Notes: generated by a model not told the origin, from the sequence alone. A stretch of DNA of 64,000 bases from Promethearchaeota archaeon (GCA_016839705.1 JAEOTR010000030.1:39084-103083), one strand, 5' to 3'. Counted from the first letter of the stretch, positions 40,148 through 50,672 are shown. Translations and numbers: made by a program.

Positions 40148-42082
40148 ATGAGGAGCCAAATAGAAAACAGAATTAGTAAAAATAAGACTCTGGAAAACAG
40201 AGAAAAAAATAGCCCTATCTGTTTTGGACCAGTTCTCAACTTAGAAGAATATGTAAAGAAAGATTGGTGGAAAAGAGTTTTTAATTCTTATTATTTAAAA
40301 ACAGATGGTGATGTAGTAGAAGATCAAAATATTACCAAATATGAAGTAGACTTTTTTTCAGAAATTATGAAATTTAAACCAGATCACTTTATTTTGGATC
40401 TCTGTTGTGGCCAAGGGAGACATTCTATTGAATTAAGTAGAAGAGGTTTCGAAAATATTTTTGGTTTGGATAAATCACGATATTTAATTCAAAAAGCCAA
40501 ATTGAATGCTAAAAAAAATGGAGTGTTATGTAGATTTAGAGAAGGAGATGCTAGAAAATTACCATTTACTTCAGATTTTTTTGATTTTATAATGGTTTTA
40601 GGTAACAGTTTTGGATATTTTGAATCTATTAATGATGATGTGCAAGTTCTTAAAGAAATTTATCGAGTTTTAAAACCTTGGGGTAAAATTTTAATTGATA
40701 TTACAGATGGAGATTATATAAAAAATAATTTTCAACCACGCTCGTGGGAATGGCTAGATAAAGATCTTTTTGTTTGTCGTGAGAGAACATTATCATTGGA
40801 TGATCAACGATTAATCTCTCGCGAAGTCATAACTCATGTAAATAAAGGAGTATTAGTGGATCAGTTCTATGCTGAAAGGTTATATTCAAATGGAAAAATT
40901 TCTGAAATTTTGAAGAAAGTTGGTTTTAGTGATATAACCTATCATGGTATAATAACTCCTGAATCTCAGAGGAATCAAGATTTAGGTATGATGGAACAAA
41001 GAATTATAGTTAGTGCTTTAGTTAAAAAGGAATGGACAGAAATTAGAAAAAAACCAAAAGCGAGACAAAAAAAAGTAGTAGTCATATTTGGAGACCCTAA
41101 TAAACCAGATGTGCTTAAACCTTCAAATATTTTTGATGATGACGATTTTTATACAATAGATCAATTAAAAACCGCTCTAAATCAGTTTAGAGAATATTCT
41201 TTCTCATATTTGGATAATCATGATACCTTAATCAATGATCTACAAGATTTAAAAGGTAAATTTGATTATGTTTTAAACCTATGTGATGAAGGTTATTTTA
41301 ATGATGCTCGAAACGAATTGCATATACCGGCATTATTAGAGATGCTTAGATTCTCATATACGGGATCTGGACCTCAATGTCTTGCCTTTTGTTATGATAA
41401 GTCTTTAGTAAGAGGTATAGCCAGAGAATTACAAATACCTACTCCAGAAGCTATTTACATAAAACCTGGTGATAAGATTATTGATCTGACTCTATATTTC
41501 CCTGCGATTGTTAAACCTAATTTCGGTGATTCGAGTTTTGGCATTACTCAAAAATCTGTCGTAAATAATGGTGAGGAATTATTAAGTGCTATTACCGGAA
41601 TTCGCAATCAGTTTGGTTATGATAAGCCCGTTTTAATTGAGCAATTTCTTACGGGTAAAGATTTAACTATGGGAATTATCGGAAATCCACGTGATAATTA
41701 TATTATTCTACCTATAATAGAAGAAGATTATTCTTGTTTACCTCCAGAATTGCCAAAAATATGTGGTTACGAAGCAAAATGGCAACCAAATTCACCATAT
41801 TGGAACATTAAATCTAAACCAGCAAATCTTCATCCTGATGTTGTTGATATTATAGAAAATTCTTCGCTTAAATTATTTGAGCGATTAGAATGTCAGGATT
41901 ATGCACGATTTGATTGGCGTTTAGATGCTAAAGGAAATCCAAAGCTTTTGGAAGTAAATCCAAATCCTGGATGGTGTTGGGATGGACATCTAGCAAAGAT
42001 GTGTAAGTATGCCGATATTTCATATAAAGATATGTTAAAAAAAATTTTAGAGGGAGCAGAAAAACGCATTGGATTAATTTAA
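40148..42082 (+). CDS. Class I SAM methyltransferase fused to D-Ala-D-Ala-ligase-like ATP-grasp domain
   Basis: LDLCCGQGRH and GNSFGYF; then YTGSG, CYDK, IVKP..GDSSFGI, YEAKW, RFDWR and LEVNPNPG. Confidence 0.9.
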   Translation: MRSQIENRISKNKTLENREKNSPICFGPVLNLEEYVKKDWWKRVFNSYYLKTDGDVVEDQNITKYEVDFFSEIMKFKPDHFILDLCCGQGRHSIELSRRGFENIFGLDKSRYLIQKAKLNAKKNGVLCRFREGDARKLPFTSDFFDFIMVLGNSFGYFESINDDVQVLKEIYRVLKPWGKILIDITDGDYIKNNFQPRSWEWLDKDLFVCRERTLSLDDQRLISREVITHVNKGVLVDQFYAERLYSNGKISEILKKVGFSDITYHGIITPESQRNQDLGMMEQRIIVSALVKKEWTEIRKKPKARQKKVVVIFGDPNKPDVLKPSNIFDDDDFYTIDQLKTALNQFREYSFSYLDNHDTLINDLQDLKGKFDYVLNLCDEGYFNDARNELHIPALLEMLRFSYTGSGPQCLAFCYDKSLVRGIARELQIPTPEAIYIKPGDKIIDLTLYFPAIVKPNFGDSSFGITQKSVVNNGEELLSAITGIRNQFGYDKPVLIEQFLTGKDLTMGIIGNPRDNYIILPIIEEDYSCLPPELPKICGYEAKWQPNSPYWNIKSKPANLHPDVVDIIENSSLKLFERLECQDYARFDWRLDAKGNPKLLEVNPNPGWCWDGHLAKMCKYADISYKDMLKKILEGAEKRIGLI

Positions 42083-42114
42083 TCTCAAATAACATACAAT
42101 ATTTTTAATGAAAA

Positions 42115-43326
42115 ATGGGAATAACAGACTTTAATGATGATTTGAAAATACCACCAGATCCAGATGGTGCTATTTTATATATTCGATATCTTGAAAAAAA
42201 ATTAAAAGATCTTGATATTGAAAAAAAAAAATTAGAACCGGAATTATCAAAATTAGAATATGAGGTTCATAATCTTAAAAAAGAAATTGAACGCTTTGGG
42301 GAATTGCCTTTAATAAAAGCTAATATAGTTGACATTCTAGACGATAAAAATGAACGCGTTATTGTAAATTGTCACCCTAATACCAGATATGTTGTTAATG
42401 TTTCTAATAATCTCCAAAATTGTAAACTTTCTCCTGGTTTAAGTGTTGCATTAAACCAAAGAAATTATACCGTAATGGAAATTTTATCTTCTGAAATTGA
42501 TCCTTTCATAAAAGGAATGGAGGTAATAGATACTCCAATAAACGTTTCATATGATGATATTGGAGGATTAGATACACAGATTCAAGAAGTAAGAGAGGTT
42601 ATAGAGTTACCCCTAAAGAGACCTGAATTATTTGAAAAAATTGGGATTGATCCCCCTAAAGGGGTTCTTTTTTATGGATATCCTGGAACAGGTAAAACCT
42701 TGTTAGCTAAAGCTGTTGCTCATGACACGCATGCCACATTTATAAAAGTAGTAGGGACTGAACTAGTTCATAAATTCATCGGTGAAGGTGCTCAATTTGT
42801 GAGAGAGATTTTCAAATTGGCAAGAGAAAAAGCCCCAACTATTTTATTTATTGATGAGTTAGATGCAATAGGCTCTATAAGAATGGAAGATGCTACATCA
42901 GGAGATAGAGAAGTAAATAGAACATTAATGCAGATATTAAGTGAATTAGATGGATTTGATCAACGGGGTAATATAAAATTTATAGGGGCAACAAATAGAG
43001 CGGATATTTTAGATCCAGCATTGTTAAGACCGGGTCGATTTGACAGGTTAATTGAATTTCCTTTACCGGATGAGAAAGCGAGAGAATCCATATTTAAAAT
43101 TCATATGAGGGGTTTACATATTAACGATAAGATTAATTTAAAAACGTTATTAGAGCTTACTAAAGATGCTAATGGTTCACATATTAAGGGTATATGTACA
43201 GAAGCAGGGATGTATGCAATAAGAAGAAATTCTGAAATAATTTCAAATGAAGATTTTTTAATGGCAGTAGATAAAATTATGAGGTTAAAGAAGGAAGATT
43301 TTTCCTCGAGTGAATTATATTCTTAA
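42115..43326 (+). CDS. pan: Proteasome-activating nucleotidase paralog
   Basis: N-terminal coiled coil plus OB domain; GYPGTGKT, KFIGEG, EVNRTLMQ and RPGRFDR; C-terminal LYS (HbYX). Confidence 0.92.
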   Translation: MGITDFNDDLKIPPDPDGAILYIRYLEKKLKDLDIEKKKLEPELSKLEYEVHNLKKEIERFGELPLIKANIVDILDDKNERVIVNCHPNTRYVVNVSNNLQNCKLSPGLSVALNQRNYTVMEILSSEIDPFIKGMEVIDTPINVSYDDIGGLDTQIQEVREVIELPLKRPELFEKIGIDPPKGVLFYGYPGTGKTLLAKAVAHDTHATFIKVVGTELVHKFIGEGAQFVREIFKLAREKAPTILFIDELDAIGSIRMEDATSGDREVNRTLMQILSELDGFDQRGNIKFIGATNRADILDPALLRPGRFDRLIEFPLPDEKARESIFKIHMRGLHINDKINLKTLLELTKDANGSHIKGICTEAGMYAIRRNSEIISNEDFLMAVDKIMRLKKEDFSSSELYS

Positions 43327-43332
43327 TTAAAT

Positions 43333-44457
43333 TTAAAGAAAGAAATCTAAAAGTAGCAATATAAATTCCATTATGAAAATAAAGGTTAGTAATATTTCGA
43401 CAAAAAGTAAAAATCTTTCATTAATACTTGATTGTGTAAAATTGTAAATATTTTCTAACGTCTCAAGACGGTGTCTTATACTATCACTCCATTGTTTTAA
43501 TTGGAAAAGATCGGCTAAATGTCTATAGATTTGAGCTAAATAATAGTCTCCGATTAGCTTTGAAACATTTTCAATATTTTCTAATAAAAAAAGCAAATCA
43601 TAGTGTAATCTAATTAATCTCCCAACTTTTCTTTTAGATCTTCTTAAAAAACTTCTACTTTTAAAATAAAAATTACGTAAATCTTCTTCCGCGATGGTTA
43701 ATCTTCTATCTAGTAACTTATCTAAAGTACGCAATTCAAGTAATTGAAAATTGGCAATTTCAGTTGCAAGTAAGATATCTTCATAATCAGAATTTTGATC
43801 AATTAAAATGGCTCTTTCAAAGTCAAAGATACCTAAATCGTTTTTTAAAAATGAAAATGTATGATCAAGAGTTTGATTGATTTGATCTTGACTTAATTCT
43901 AAATTGGGATTCTCTCCATTAAGTAAAGTTGAGAAATAATTCTTCTCTTTTTGAAGAAACTCTTTTGGATCTGAAATCCCATTAGTTAAACAGAATATTG
44001 TATATTTTTCATGTTCTGTCTCCCCAAATATAAATCCTTCATCTTCTATGTAATCTCTAATTTGTTTAAGAATTTTATTATGGTGATATTTCAAAAAATT
44101 ATTAATTTGAAATTCCCCTTCTGTAGTTTTAAATCTAATTTTCTTTAATGTATGTAATTCATTATGGGGAAAATCTGTAAAGAGTAATCTAGCAATCAAA
44201 GAGATTACTCCATCTGAATATACTTTAATATATATAGTAATATTATGAAATGATTTTAACTCTGTAGATATCGATTGGGTGATTTCTATTATTAAAGGTT
44301 CGGGGAAATCTACATATGAGGGTGTATTCTTTGTCTTGATAATTTTTTTGTCTGGAATAGCAGGAATTATTGTAGCAACTTTACTCAAATCGATACTACG
44401 TCCTACATCTGTTAAACGGAAAAAAATAACTTCACCATCTAAAAACGATACTGTCAT
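43333..44457 (-). CDS. RMD1/DUF155-like protein with C-terminal TM
   Basis: DVGRSIDL, IGDYYLAQIY and RLETLENIY; terminal hydrophobic helix. Confidence 0.55.
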   Translation of the reverse strand: MTVSFLDGEVIFFRLTDVGRSIDLSKVATIIPAIPDKKIIKTKNTPSYVDFPEPLIIEITQSISTELKSFHNITIYIKVYSDGVISLIARLLFTDFPHNELHTLKKIRFKTTEGEFQINNFLKYHHNKILKQIRDYIEDEGFIFGETEHEKYTIFCLTNGISDPKEFLQKEKNYFSTLLNGENPNLELSQDQINQTLDHTFSFLKNDLGIFDFERAILIDQNSDYEDILLATEIANFQLLELRTLDKLLDRRLTIAEEDLRNFYFKSRSFLRRSKRKVGRLIRLHYDLLFLLENIENVSKLIGDYYLAQIYRHLADLFQLKQWSDSIRHRLETLENIYNFTQSSINERFLLFVEILLTFIFIMEFILLLLDFFL

Positions 44458-44645
44458 TTGTAATAGTTTTTTGAATTAAGACTAAATTCTATTCTTTAAT
44501 TAACTGCTATGTGATTTACTGTATACATGAAAAAATATTTTTGCTTAATTAATCTAATAATAATTGGGAATTCAAAGATAATAAGATCTATACACATTGA
44601 CTACTTCTGGATTGCAATAACAAAAATTAATCCCTTTTAATATTT

Positions 44646-45647
44646 TTAAGCCCTTCCTAACCTTTGCATTAATCCTGTGATTAAAATTGGAAAAGCGATG
44701 GTGGCATCACACCAAACGCTTACCGATTTTGAATCTGGTGCATATTTTCCCCACGATTTTGATTCTGAAACGGTACAACCAGAAAGGCCACCATCATATT
44801 CCATTGCAGTATGGAGTCTAATTGAATATTTATATCCGAATTCATTATCTTTTCTTTCCAATTGTTCAACATTTTCTATATAAGGATAAATTTGTTGAGC
44901 CCAATTTCTTGGAACCCCACCCCCAACAATTATTATTCCGCATTCTTTAGCATTTTTAACAATTTGAGCGAACTTTTTTACATCATTAAGAACCCTAAAG
45001 TCGATGTCATAATTTTCTATTTCTGTGAATTTTATCAAGTCCAATGCAAATTCTGAATCAGAAATAGCAGGAACGAATATGGGAATATTTTTTTTTGCAG
45101 CAACAGATAAGATACACTTTTTAGAGATCTCTTGACCGATGAGCTTAAAAAAGTCCGAAGGCATTATTTCAAATTCTCTTGAATCAAAAATTTTTTTTAA
45201 AATTCGTAATAATTCTATTTCTGCTATGTCATAATTATCTTCAGGGAGAAATACATCATATATTCGATTAATTCTTTCTTTATACAAAAAATTATCATCA
45301 ACTTCAGAACTTCCAATATAATGCCCCCCATTTGTGACAGCATCAATAAAATCATGAGTAATATTTGCTCCGGTTGAAACTAAAACATCGACTAGATTAT
45401 GTTCCAATAATGTGCTTATCAAATTACCCATTCCCGCAGGCACCATAGCTCCGGATAGAGTTAGAATGGTTAAACATTCTTTATCAGTGACCATTTGATA
45501 TAAAATATCAAGAGCCATTCCTAACCTACCTCCCTGGAAACCGCAATTCATTAGTTCTTTTAAGAAATCATCACTATTTTTCACTTTTTTAAGATCATAC
45601 GGTACAATCTTTTTCCTCAAATATTCTTCTCTTCTAAATTGCGTCAT
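44646..45647 (-). CDS. dys: Deoxyhypusine synthase family protein, copy 2
   Basis: CGFQG, LSGAMVPAGM, STGANITHD, DSE and DGGLSG...ESKSWGK motifs. Confidence 0.9.
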   Translation of the reverse strand: MTQFRREEYLRKKIVPYDLKKVKNSDDFLKELMNCGFQGGRLGMALDILYQMVTDKECLTILTLSGAMVPAGMGNLISTLLEHNLVDVLVSTGANITHDFIDAVTNGGHYIGSSEVDDNFLYKERINRIYDVFLPEDNYDIAEIELLRILKKIFDSREFEIMPSDFFKLIGQEISKKCILSVAAKKNIPIFVPAISDSEFALDLIKFTEIENYDIDFRVLNDVKKFAQIVKNAKECGIIIVGGGVPRNWAQQIYPYIENVEQLERKDNEFGYKYSIRLHTAMEYDGGLSGCTVSESKSWGKYAPDSKSVSVWCDATIAFPILITGLMQRLGRA

Positions 45648-45660
45648 ATCCTAATCAACC

Positions 45661-46653
45661 TCAAATAATCTTTAAACGCTGAAATAGACCTGTTATTAAT
45701 ATTGGTAAAGCTATTGTGGCATCACACCATACACTTATATATTTTGATTCTAAATGGTATTTCCCCCAAGATTTTGATTCTGATACGGTACATCCTGATA
45801 AGCCCCCATCATATTTTGGGGCGGTATGGATTCTAATTGAATAATTATATCCCATATTTTTGATACCCTCAGTTTGATCCAAAAGAGGAAATATTTGTTG
45901 TGCCCAATTTCGAGGTACCCCACCCCCAATTATTATCGTAGCATATTTTTTTGCCTTCCTTATAATATCAGCAAACATCTGAACTTCCTTCAAAATATCG
46001 AATTGAAAGTCATATCCTTCTCTTAAAGAATATTTTATTAAGTTTAATGCAAATTCTGAGTCTGAAAAAGCGGGTATAAAAATAGGTATATTATTTTGTG
46101 CCGCAACGGATATAATACATCGGTTTTCAATCTTCTCTCCTATTTTTTTTATAAGTTCATGTGGAGTAATTTGAACTTTTTTATCATTGAAGATCTCTTT
46201 AATTATTCCTAACAATATGATTTCTGCATGTTCATAATTTTCTTCAGGGAGAAAAACATCATAGATTCTATTAATTCGAAATTTAAATAATTGGTTATCA
46301 TCTACATCTGAACTCCCCTTGAAATGTCCAATATCTGTTGTAACATCTACTAGATCATGGATAATATTAGCTCCTGTTGTAACTAAGACATCAATAAAAT
46401 GATATTCCAGTAATATGCATATTAGTTCCCCCATTCCAGCAGGAACCATCGCTCCACTTAGTGTTAAAACGGTTAAACAATCTTCTTCTACAATCATCTT
46501 CTCTAGAAGATCTAATGCTTTCCCTAAATTTCTTCCTTGAAAGCCACAGAATTTTAAAGCAGACAATAAGGCATCAATATTTTTCACTTCTTTGGGATCA
46601 AATGGCTTAATCTTTGTACTTAAATCTATTTTTTCTTTATTATTTTCTGTCAT
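45661..46653 (-). CDS. dys: Deoxyhypusine synthase family protein, copy 1
   Basis: Same motifs as copy 2, including ESKSWGK. Confidence 0.9.
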   Translation of the reverse strand: MTENNKEKIDLSTKIKPFDPKEVKNIDALLSALKFCGFQGRNLGKALDLLEKMIVEEDCLTVLTLSGAMVPAGMGELICILLEYHFIDVLVTTGANIIHDLVDVTTDIGHFKGSSDVDDNQLFKFRINRIYDVFLPEENYEHAEIILLGIIKEIFNDKKVQITPHELIKKIGEKIENRCIISVAAQNNIPIFIPAFSDSEFALNLIKYSLREGYDFQFDILKEVQMFADIIRKAKKYATIIIGGGVPRNWAQQIFPLLDQTEGIKNMGYNYSIRIHTAPKYDGGLSGCTVSESKSWGKYHLESKYISVWCDATIALPILITGLFQRLKII

Positions 46654-47000
46654 TATTTAATTTCGTTAGTAATTATATTTATTAATAAATTCCTCTTTAT
46701 ATTATTTTTCATAAACGAATTTTTACGTAATCTATTTATGATATACGAAAGAAAGTCTAAACTTTCCATCCAATTGATTGATATAGTTATAAACAAATCA
46801 ATACTTTGATTTAACATGAAATAATACATTTATATTAAGTGAATAAAGACTAATTCGACCTTGATAAGAAGCAAGAGGTTTATATTAAATCTAATAAATA
46901 ATAATTTTATACTATTTTATGGATTTCAACACATTTAAAAACTTGTGATTCTTTCTTATATCTTAGATAATTATCGCAATATAAAAGGTGTTAGTTAAGA

Positions 47001-47549
47001 ATGTCGTTTGTTCCTAAAGCTGTCTTTTTTGTAACAGGCAAAGGCTATCATAAATCTAAACTAGGTTCATTCGAACAAGCCTTACGTAATGCGGATATAG
47101 CAATATATAATATTGTTAAAGTAAGTTCAATATTACCCCCATACTGTTTAGAAATTCCGAAAGAAGATGGGCTTGCGCAATTAAGGTCAGGTCAAGTTGT
47201 ATTTACAGTATTAAGTCGAGTCAGTAGTAATGAATATAACCGTCTAATCTCTGCTTCTATTGGTGTTGCAAAACCAGCAGACACAAGAACTTATGGCTAT
47301 TTAAGTGAACATCATGAATTTGGCGTTAAACCAGAAAAAGCGGGAGAATTTGCGGAGGATTTAGCAGCAGAAATGCTTGCCACCACTCTTGGCGTTTCTT
47401 TTGATCCAGAAGCAAATTATGATGAAAAAAAAGAAATTTTTAAAATGGATGGAAAAATCGTTGAAACTAAAAATTATACAGAATCAGGCGTAGTAAGAGA
47501 AGAAGGGGAGTGGCTGACTGTAATAGCAGCAGCAGTTTTTATTTTATAA
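47001..47549 (+). CDS. pdaD: Pyruvoyl-dependent arginine decarboxylase
   Basis: SFEQALRNA, NIVKVSSILPP (self-cleavage site), GYLSEHH and AEDLAAEML. Confidence 0.93.
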   Translation: MSFVPKAVFFVTGKGYHKSKLGSFEQALRNADIAIYNIVKVSSILPPYCLEIPKEDGLAQLRSGQVVFTVLSRVSSNEYNRLISASIGVAKPADTRTYGYLSEHHEFGVKPEKAGEFAEDLAAEMLATTLGVSFDPEANYDEKKEIFKMDGKIVETKNYTESGVVREEGEWLTVIAAAVFIL

Positions 47550-47660
47550 TCTGATGATATTTTGGATACTGACGATATATCTATTTTTTATAATTTTTTA
47601 TAATAAAATAAAGAACTTACGAATAACTTTAGAGAAATTAAATACTTCTCTGGCATATTT

Positions 47661-48149
47661 TTACCAACAATGGAATTCAGAAAATTTTCTGTATTTTTCT
47701 AACCAGGGACAAAATTTATATGTAGAATAATCCTCGGTTATTTCTTCTCCGGGTTGAATATCCCTGTCAGCAATTGCACAAAATCCGGGTTCATCCTTAG
47801 AAGTTCCAGAGTTAGCATTAGATGAATGGTTAATGTATCTTGAATCATCCAAGCAAAAAACTAAGGTATCAGTATCTTTTTCATAATAAGAATACGTGAG
47901 TACACATTCTATATAATTATTCGTTAAAGGTGATTTATCTGAGGTCATTAGCGTTAAAAACTGTTCCTTTGTCATGATTAGAACATCTTGTGGTCGAGCA
48001 TGCCAAAAAATTGTTTTTTCTGGTATAAACTTCTTTGCAAATACTCCTAAGCCATGAATCTTACTTGGTTTAACTTCTGCATATTCCATAAATGGATTTA
48101 TTGGAGTTAGGTTATAGGGAATTTTTTTAATATGGTTCTTTAATACCAT
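47661..48149 (-). CDS. SET-domain protein (lysine methyltransferase-like)
   Basis: SKIHGLGVFA, RYINHS..AN and DIQPGEEITEDY motifs. Confidence 0.9.
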   Translation of the reverse strand: MVLKNHIKKIPYNLTPINPFMEYAEVKPSKIHGLGVFAKKFIPEKTIFWHARPQDVLIMTKEQFLTLMTSDKSPLTNNYIECVLTYSYYEKDTDTLVFCLDDSRYINHSSNANSGTSKDEPGFCAIADRDIQPGEEITEDYSTYKFCPWLEKYRKFSEFHCW

Positions 48150-48179
48150 AGGTTTCCTCGCTTTTTCTTGGTCAATTGA

Positions 48180-48337
48180 ATGAGATAAAATTATATTAAT
48201 TATCAGTGCAGATCAGTGTTATCATTAATCATCTTTGAGTTAAATCTAAGAATTGATTTCATAACGCCAACACTTCATCGAGATTAGTAAGGGGTATCCA
48301 AGCCCTAATAATCCCACTCGATATAATTTTATCTCAT
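48180..48337. mobile_element. 158-bp MITE-like element with perfect 17-bp terminal inverted repeats
   Basis: ATGAGATAAAATTATAT (48180-48196) and ATATAATTTTATCTCAT (48321-48337); no clear target-site duplication. Confidence 0.45.
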
Positions 48338-48359
48338 AATTATTAAAAACTACTAACTA

Positions 48360-49313
48360 TTAATTGTTTTTCCACATTCGATCAATAAATATTAGTATAA
48401 TCGGTGTAATTATTTGAATAATATCTGATGCAAGAGTTGCTGGTAAAAACTCAAAAGTGAGATTTCCTACTGTGTGCAGCAATGCTGTGGATAAAACGCT
48501 TCCCCCAGTACGATTATAAAGCCAAGTAAGAATAATAGTTATTTTTAAAGTGTTTAATAGAAAAAGGATGAATTGAAAAGGAGAATCATATTGAGGTAAA
48601 TACATAGGCGCGTGCCAAAGTCCCCAAATTAGACCCAAAATTAAGCTTGAAACAAGAGGAAAATATTTCAATTGCAGTTTAGGTAAAATAAAACCACGCC
48701 AGCCTGGTTCTTCATTAGTACCTGCTCCAAAGAAAAAAGTGTATAAAAAAGTAAGAATTATTAATCCTACAAGCTCAAATCCACTAGGTAAGCTTAACCA
48801 TATAACAGTTCCACCAATTCCGAGGGTAATAGGATTCCTATGAAAAAAATGGTGGGTAGATATAGAATTGCGAATATATACAAAGCAAAATGTCCTTTAG
48901 GTTTTATATATGATTGAAATATGGTTTTAACATCATCATTTTGAGAAAAACCAGAATATACCATAATTGCCGGCAATAAGCCTAGAAAAAAAGCGGCTAC
49001 TATGATTATTAAAGAAATAGATGCACTTTGTATCAAATAATTCATAATGAAAGTGATTGTAGCGATTATCCAGACGATTAAAAAAACAATCCACTTAACA
49101 AGTGAATTATTGTTATTTTGTTTATCACCAGTTATTTTAGATATTAGCAATGCCATAATAGCGGGTGCGTAGATTGCAAATATAACAAACAATAGAGTAA
49201 TATCGTTAGGAATTAAAACATAAATTAATAAAAACTATCCACGAAAATGTAAAAGTTAATATAAAGAAAGTAAGTAATGGATAGCACTTAATAACGTCAT
49301 TTATTTTAACTAT
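48360..49313 (-). pseudogene. CPBP/Abi (CAAX protease II) intramembrane metalloprotease with two frameshifts
   Basis: Three frames join: YPLLTFFILTFTFSW; FAIYAPAIMA; EEPGWRG, WGLWHAP, LHTVGN. Shifts near 49230 and 48835. Confidence 0.8.
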
Positions 49314-49358
49314 AATTATATCCCCTATTCGATTTTTTAAATTTTTATAATAATTCTT

Positions 49359-50672
49359 TTATTTTAAGTGTTCTGGAATTCTTTGATTTCTATATAAATC
49401 TTCATACGTTTCTTCTTGCCTAATTTTGAAAGTTTTACCATTACTTATTAGAATCTCTGCTGTACGAGGTCTTGAATTATATAAACTGCTCATTACAAAT
49501 CCATAAGCACCAGCGTCTAATATTGCAAGATATTCTTCTTCTTTTAACTCTGGTATTACTCTTTCTTTACCGATAACATCCCCAGATTCGCAAATTGGAC
49601 CAACCACGTCATATTTGATCCTATCCCGCTCTTGATTCTCTAAACATGGGATGATATGATGATAGGAGCCATACATAGTAGGTCTAATTAAAGTATTAAA
49701 CCCTGCGTTAATCCCCGCAAATTTTTTATAGCCATTATCTTTGACAGTGTTTATTTGTGCCAAAATAATGCTTGACTCGGCCGAAAGATAGCGTCCAGGC
49801 TCAATAATAAAACATGGTTCGCCAAGATCTCCACGTGTTACTAGATCCTTAAACCTTTCTACAACAACATCTTTATAAATACCTAAATCCAACGGATCTT
49901 CTTCTGGACGATATGGTATTCCTAAACCTCCCCCAAAATCTATGAATTCCAACTTAATATTAATTACATCGGTTAAATGAGTAATTATAGTAAGATACTT
50001 TTCTACAGCTTTTTCATAATCATAAGCATTGAGGATCCCTGAACCGATATGGATATGTGTCCCAAATCTTTTAAATCCTAATTCTTTTGCCAGAGAGTAT
50101 GCTTCTATAACTTGGTCTTCAAGGATGCCAAACTTTATCATTTTTCCAGCGGTTATAGTATGAGAATGATGCCCTGCTCCGAATTCTGGATTAATTCTAA
50201 ATGATATTGCTTGTTTTTCTAATTCTAAATCATCATAGATTTTACTTAATCGTCTTAATTGACTAATACAGTCTAAATTTATATGTACCTTATACTCAAC
50301 CGCAAATTTAAGATCCTCATTAGTAAACATGTTTCCTGTAAAAAATATCTTTTCCGGGGGAATACCCACCTTAAAACATTCATGAATTTCTCCTGTTGAT
50401 GTACAATCAAAAGAAGCCCCTTCTGAATTCAAAATTTTTAAAACCGATAAGCTTGAATTTGCTTTTACAGCAAAATAGATACTATTTCTCTCATAAATGG
50501 AATCCAAAGTTTGTTTTAAATCTCGATACATTTTCCTAATCATTTCTTCATTAATCACATATATAGGAGTACCATATTCTTCGGCCATCTCTATAGTGTT
50601 TACATTAGCGAAATGTAGAATTCCATCTTTATATTGTAAATCTTTATTTTTTAACCATTCAGCATATTCCAT
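49359..50672 (-). CDS. lysA: Diaminopimelate decarboxylase
   Basis: YGTPIY, FAVKAN, HIGS, DFGGG, EPGR, GPICESGD and GAYG motifs. Confidence 0.95.
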   Translation of the reverse strand: MEYAEWLKNKDLQYKDGILHFANVNTIEMAEEYGTPIYVINEEMIRKMYRDLKQTLDSIYERNSIYFAVKANSSLSVLKILNSEGASFDCTSTGEIHECFKVGIPPEKIFFTGNMFTNEDLKFAVEYKVHINLDCISQLRRLSKIYDDLELEKQAISFRINPEFGAGHHSHTITAGKMIKFGILEDQVIEAYSLAKELGFKRFGTHIHIGSGILNAYDYEKAVEKYLTIITHLTDVINIKLEFIDFGGGLGIPYRPEEDPLDLGIYKDVVVERFKDLVTRGDLGEPCFIIEPGRYLSAESSIILAQINTVKDNGYKKFAGINAGFNTLIRPTMYGSYHHIIPCLENQERDRIKYDVVGPICESGDVIGKERVIPELKEEEYLAILDAGAYGFVMSSLYNSRPRTAEILISNGKTFKIRQEETYEDLYRNQRIPEHLK

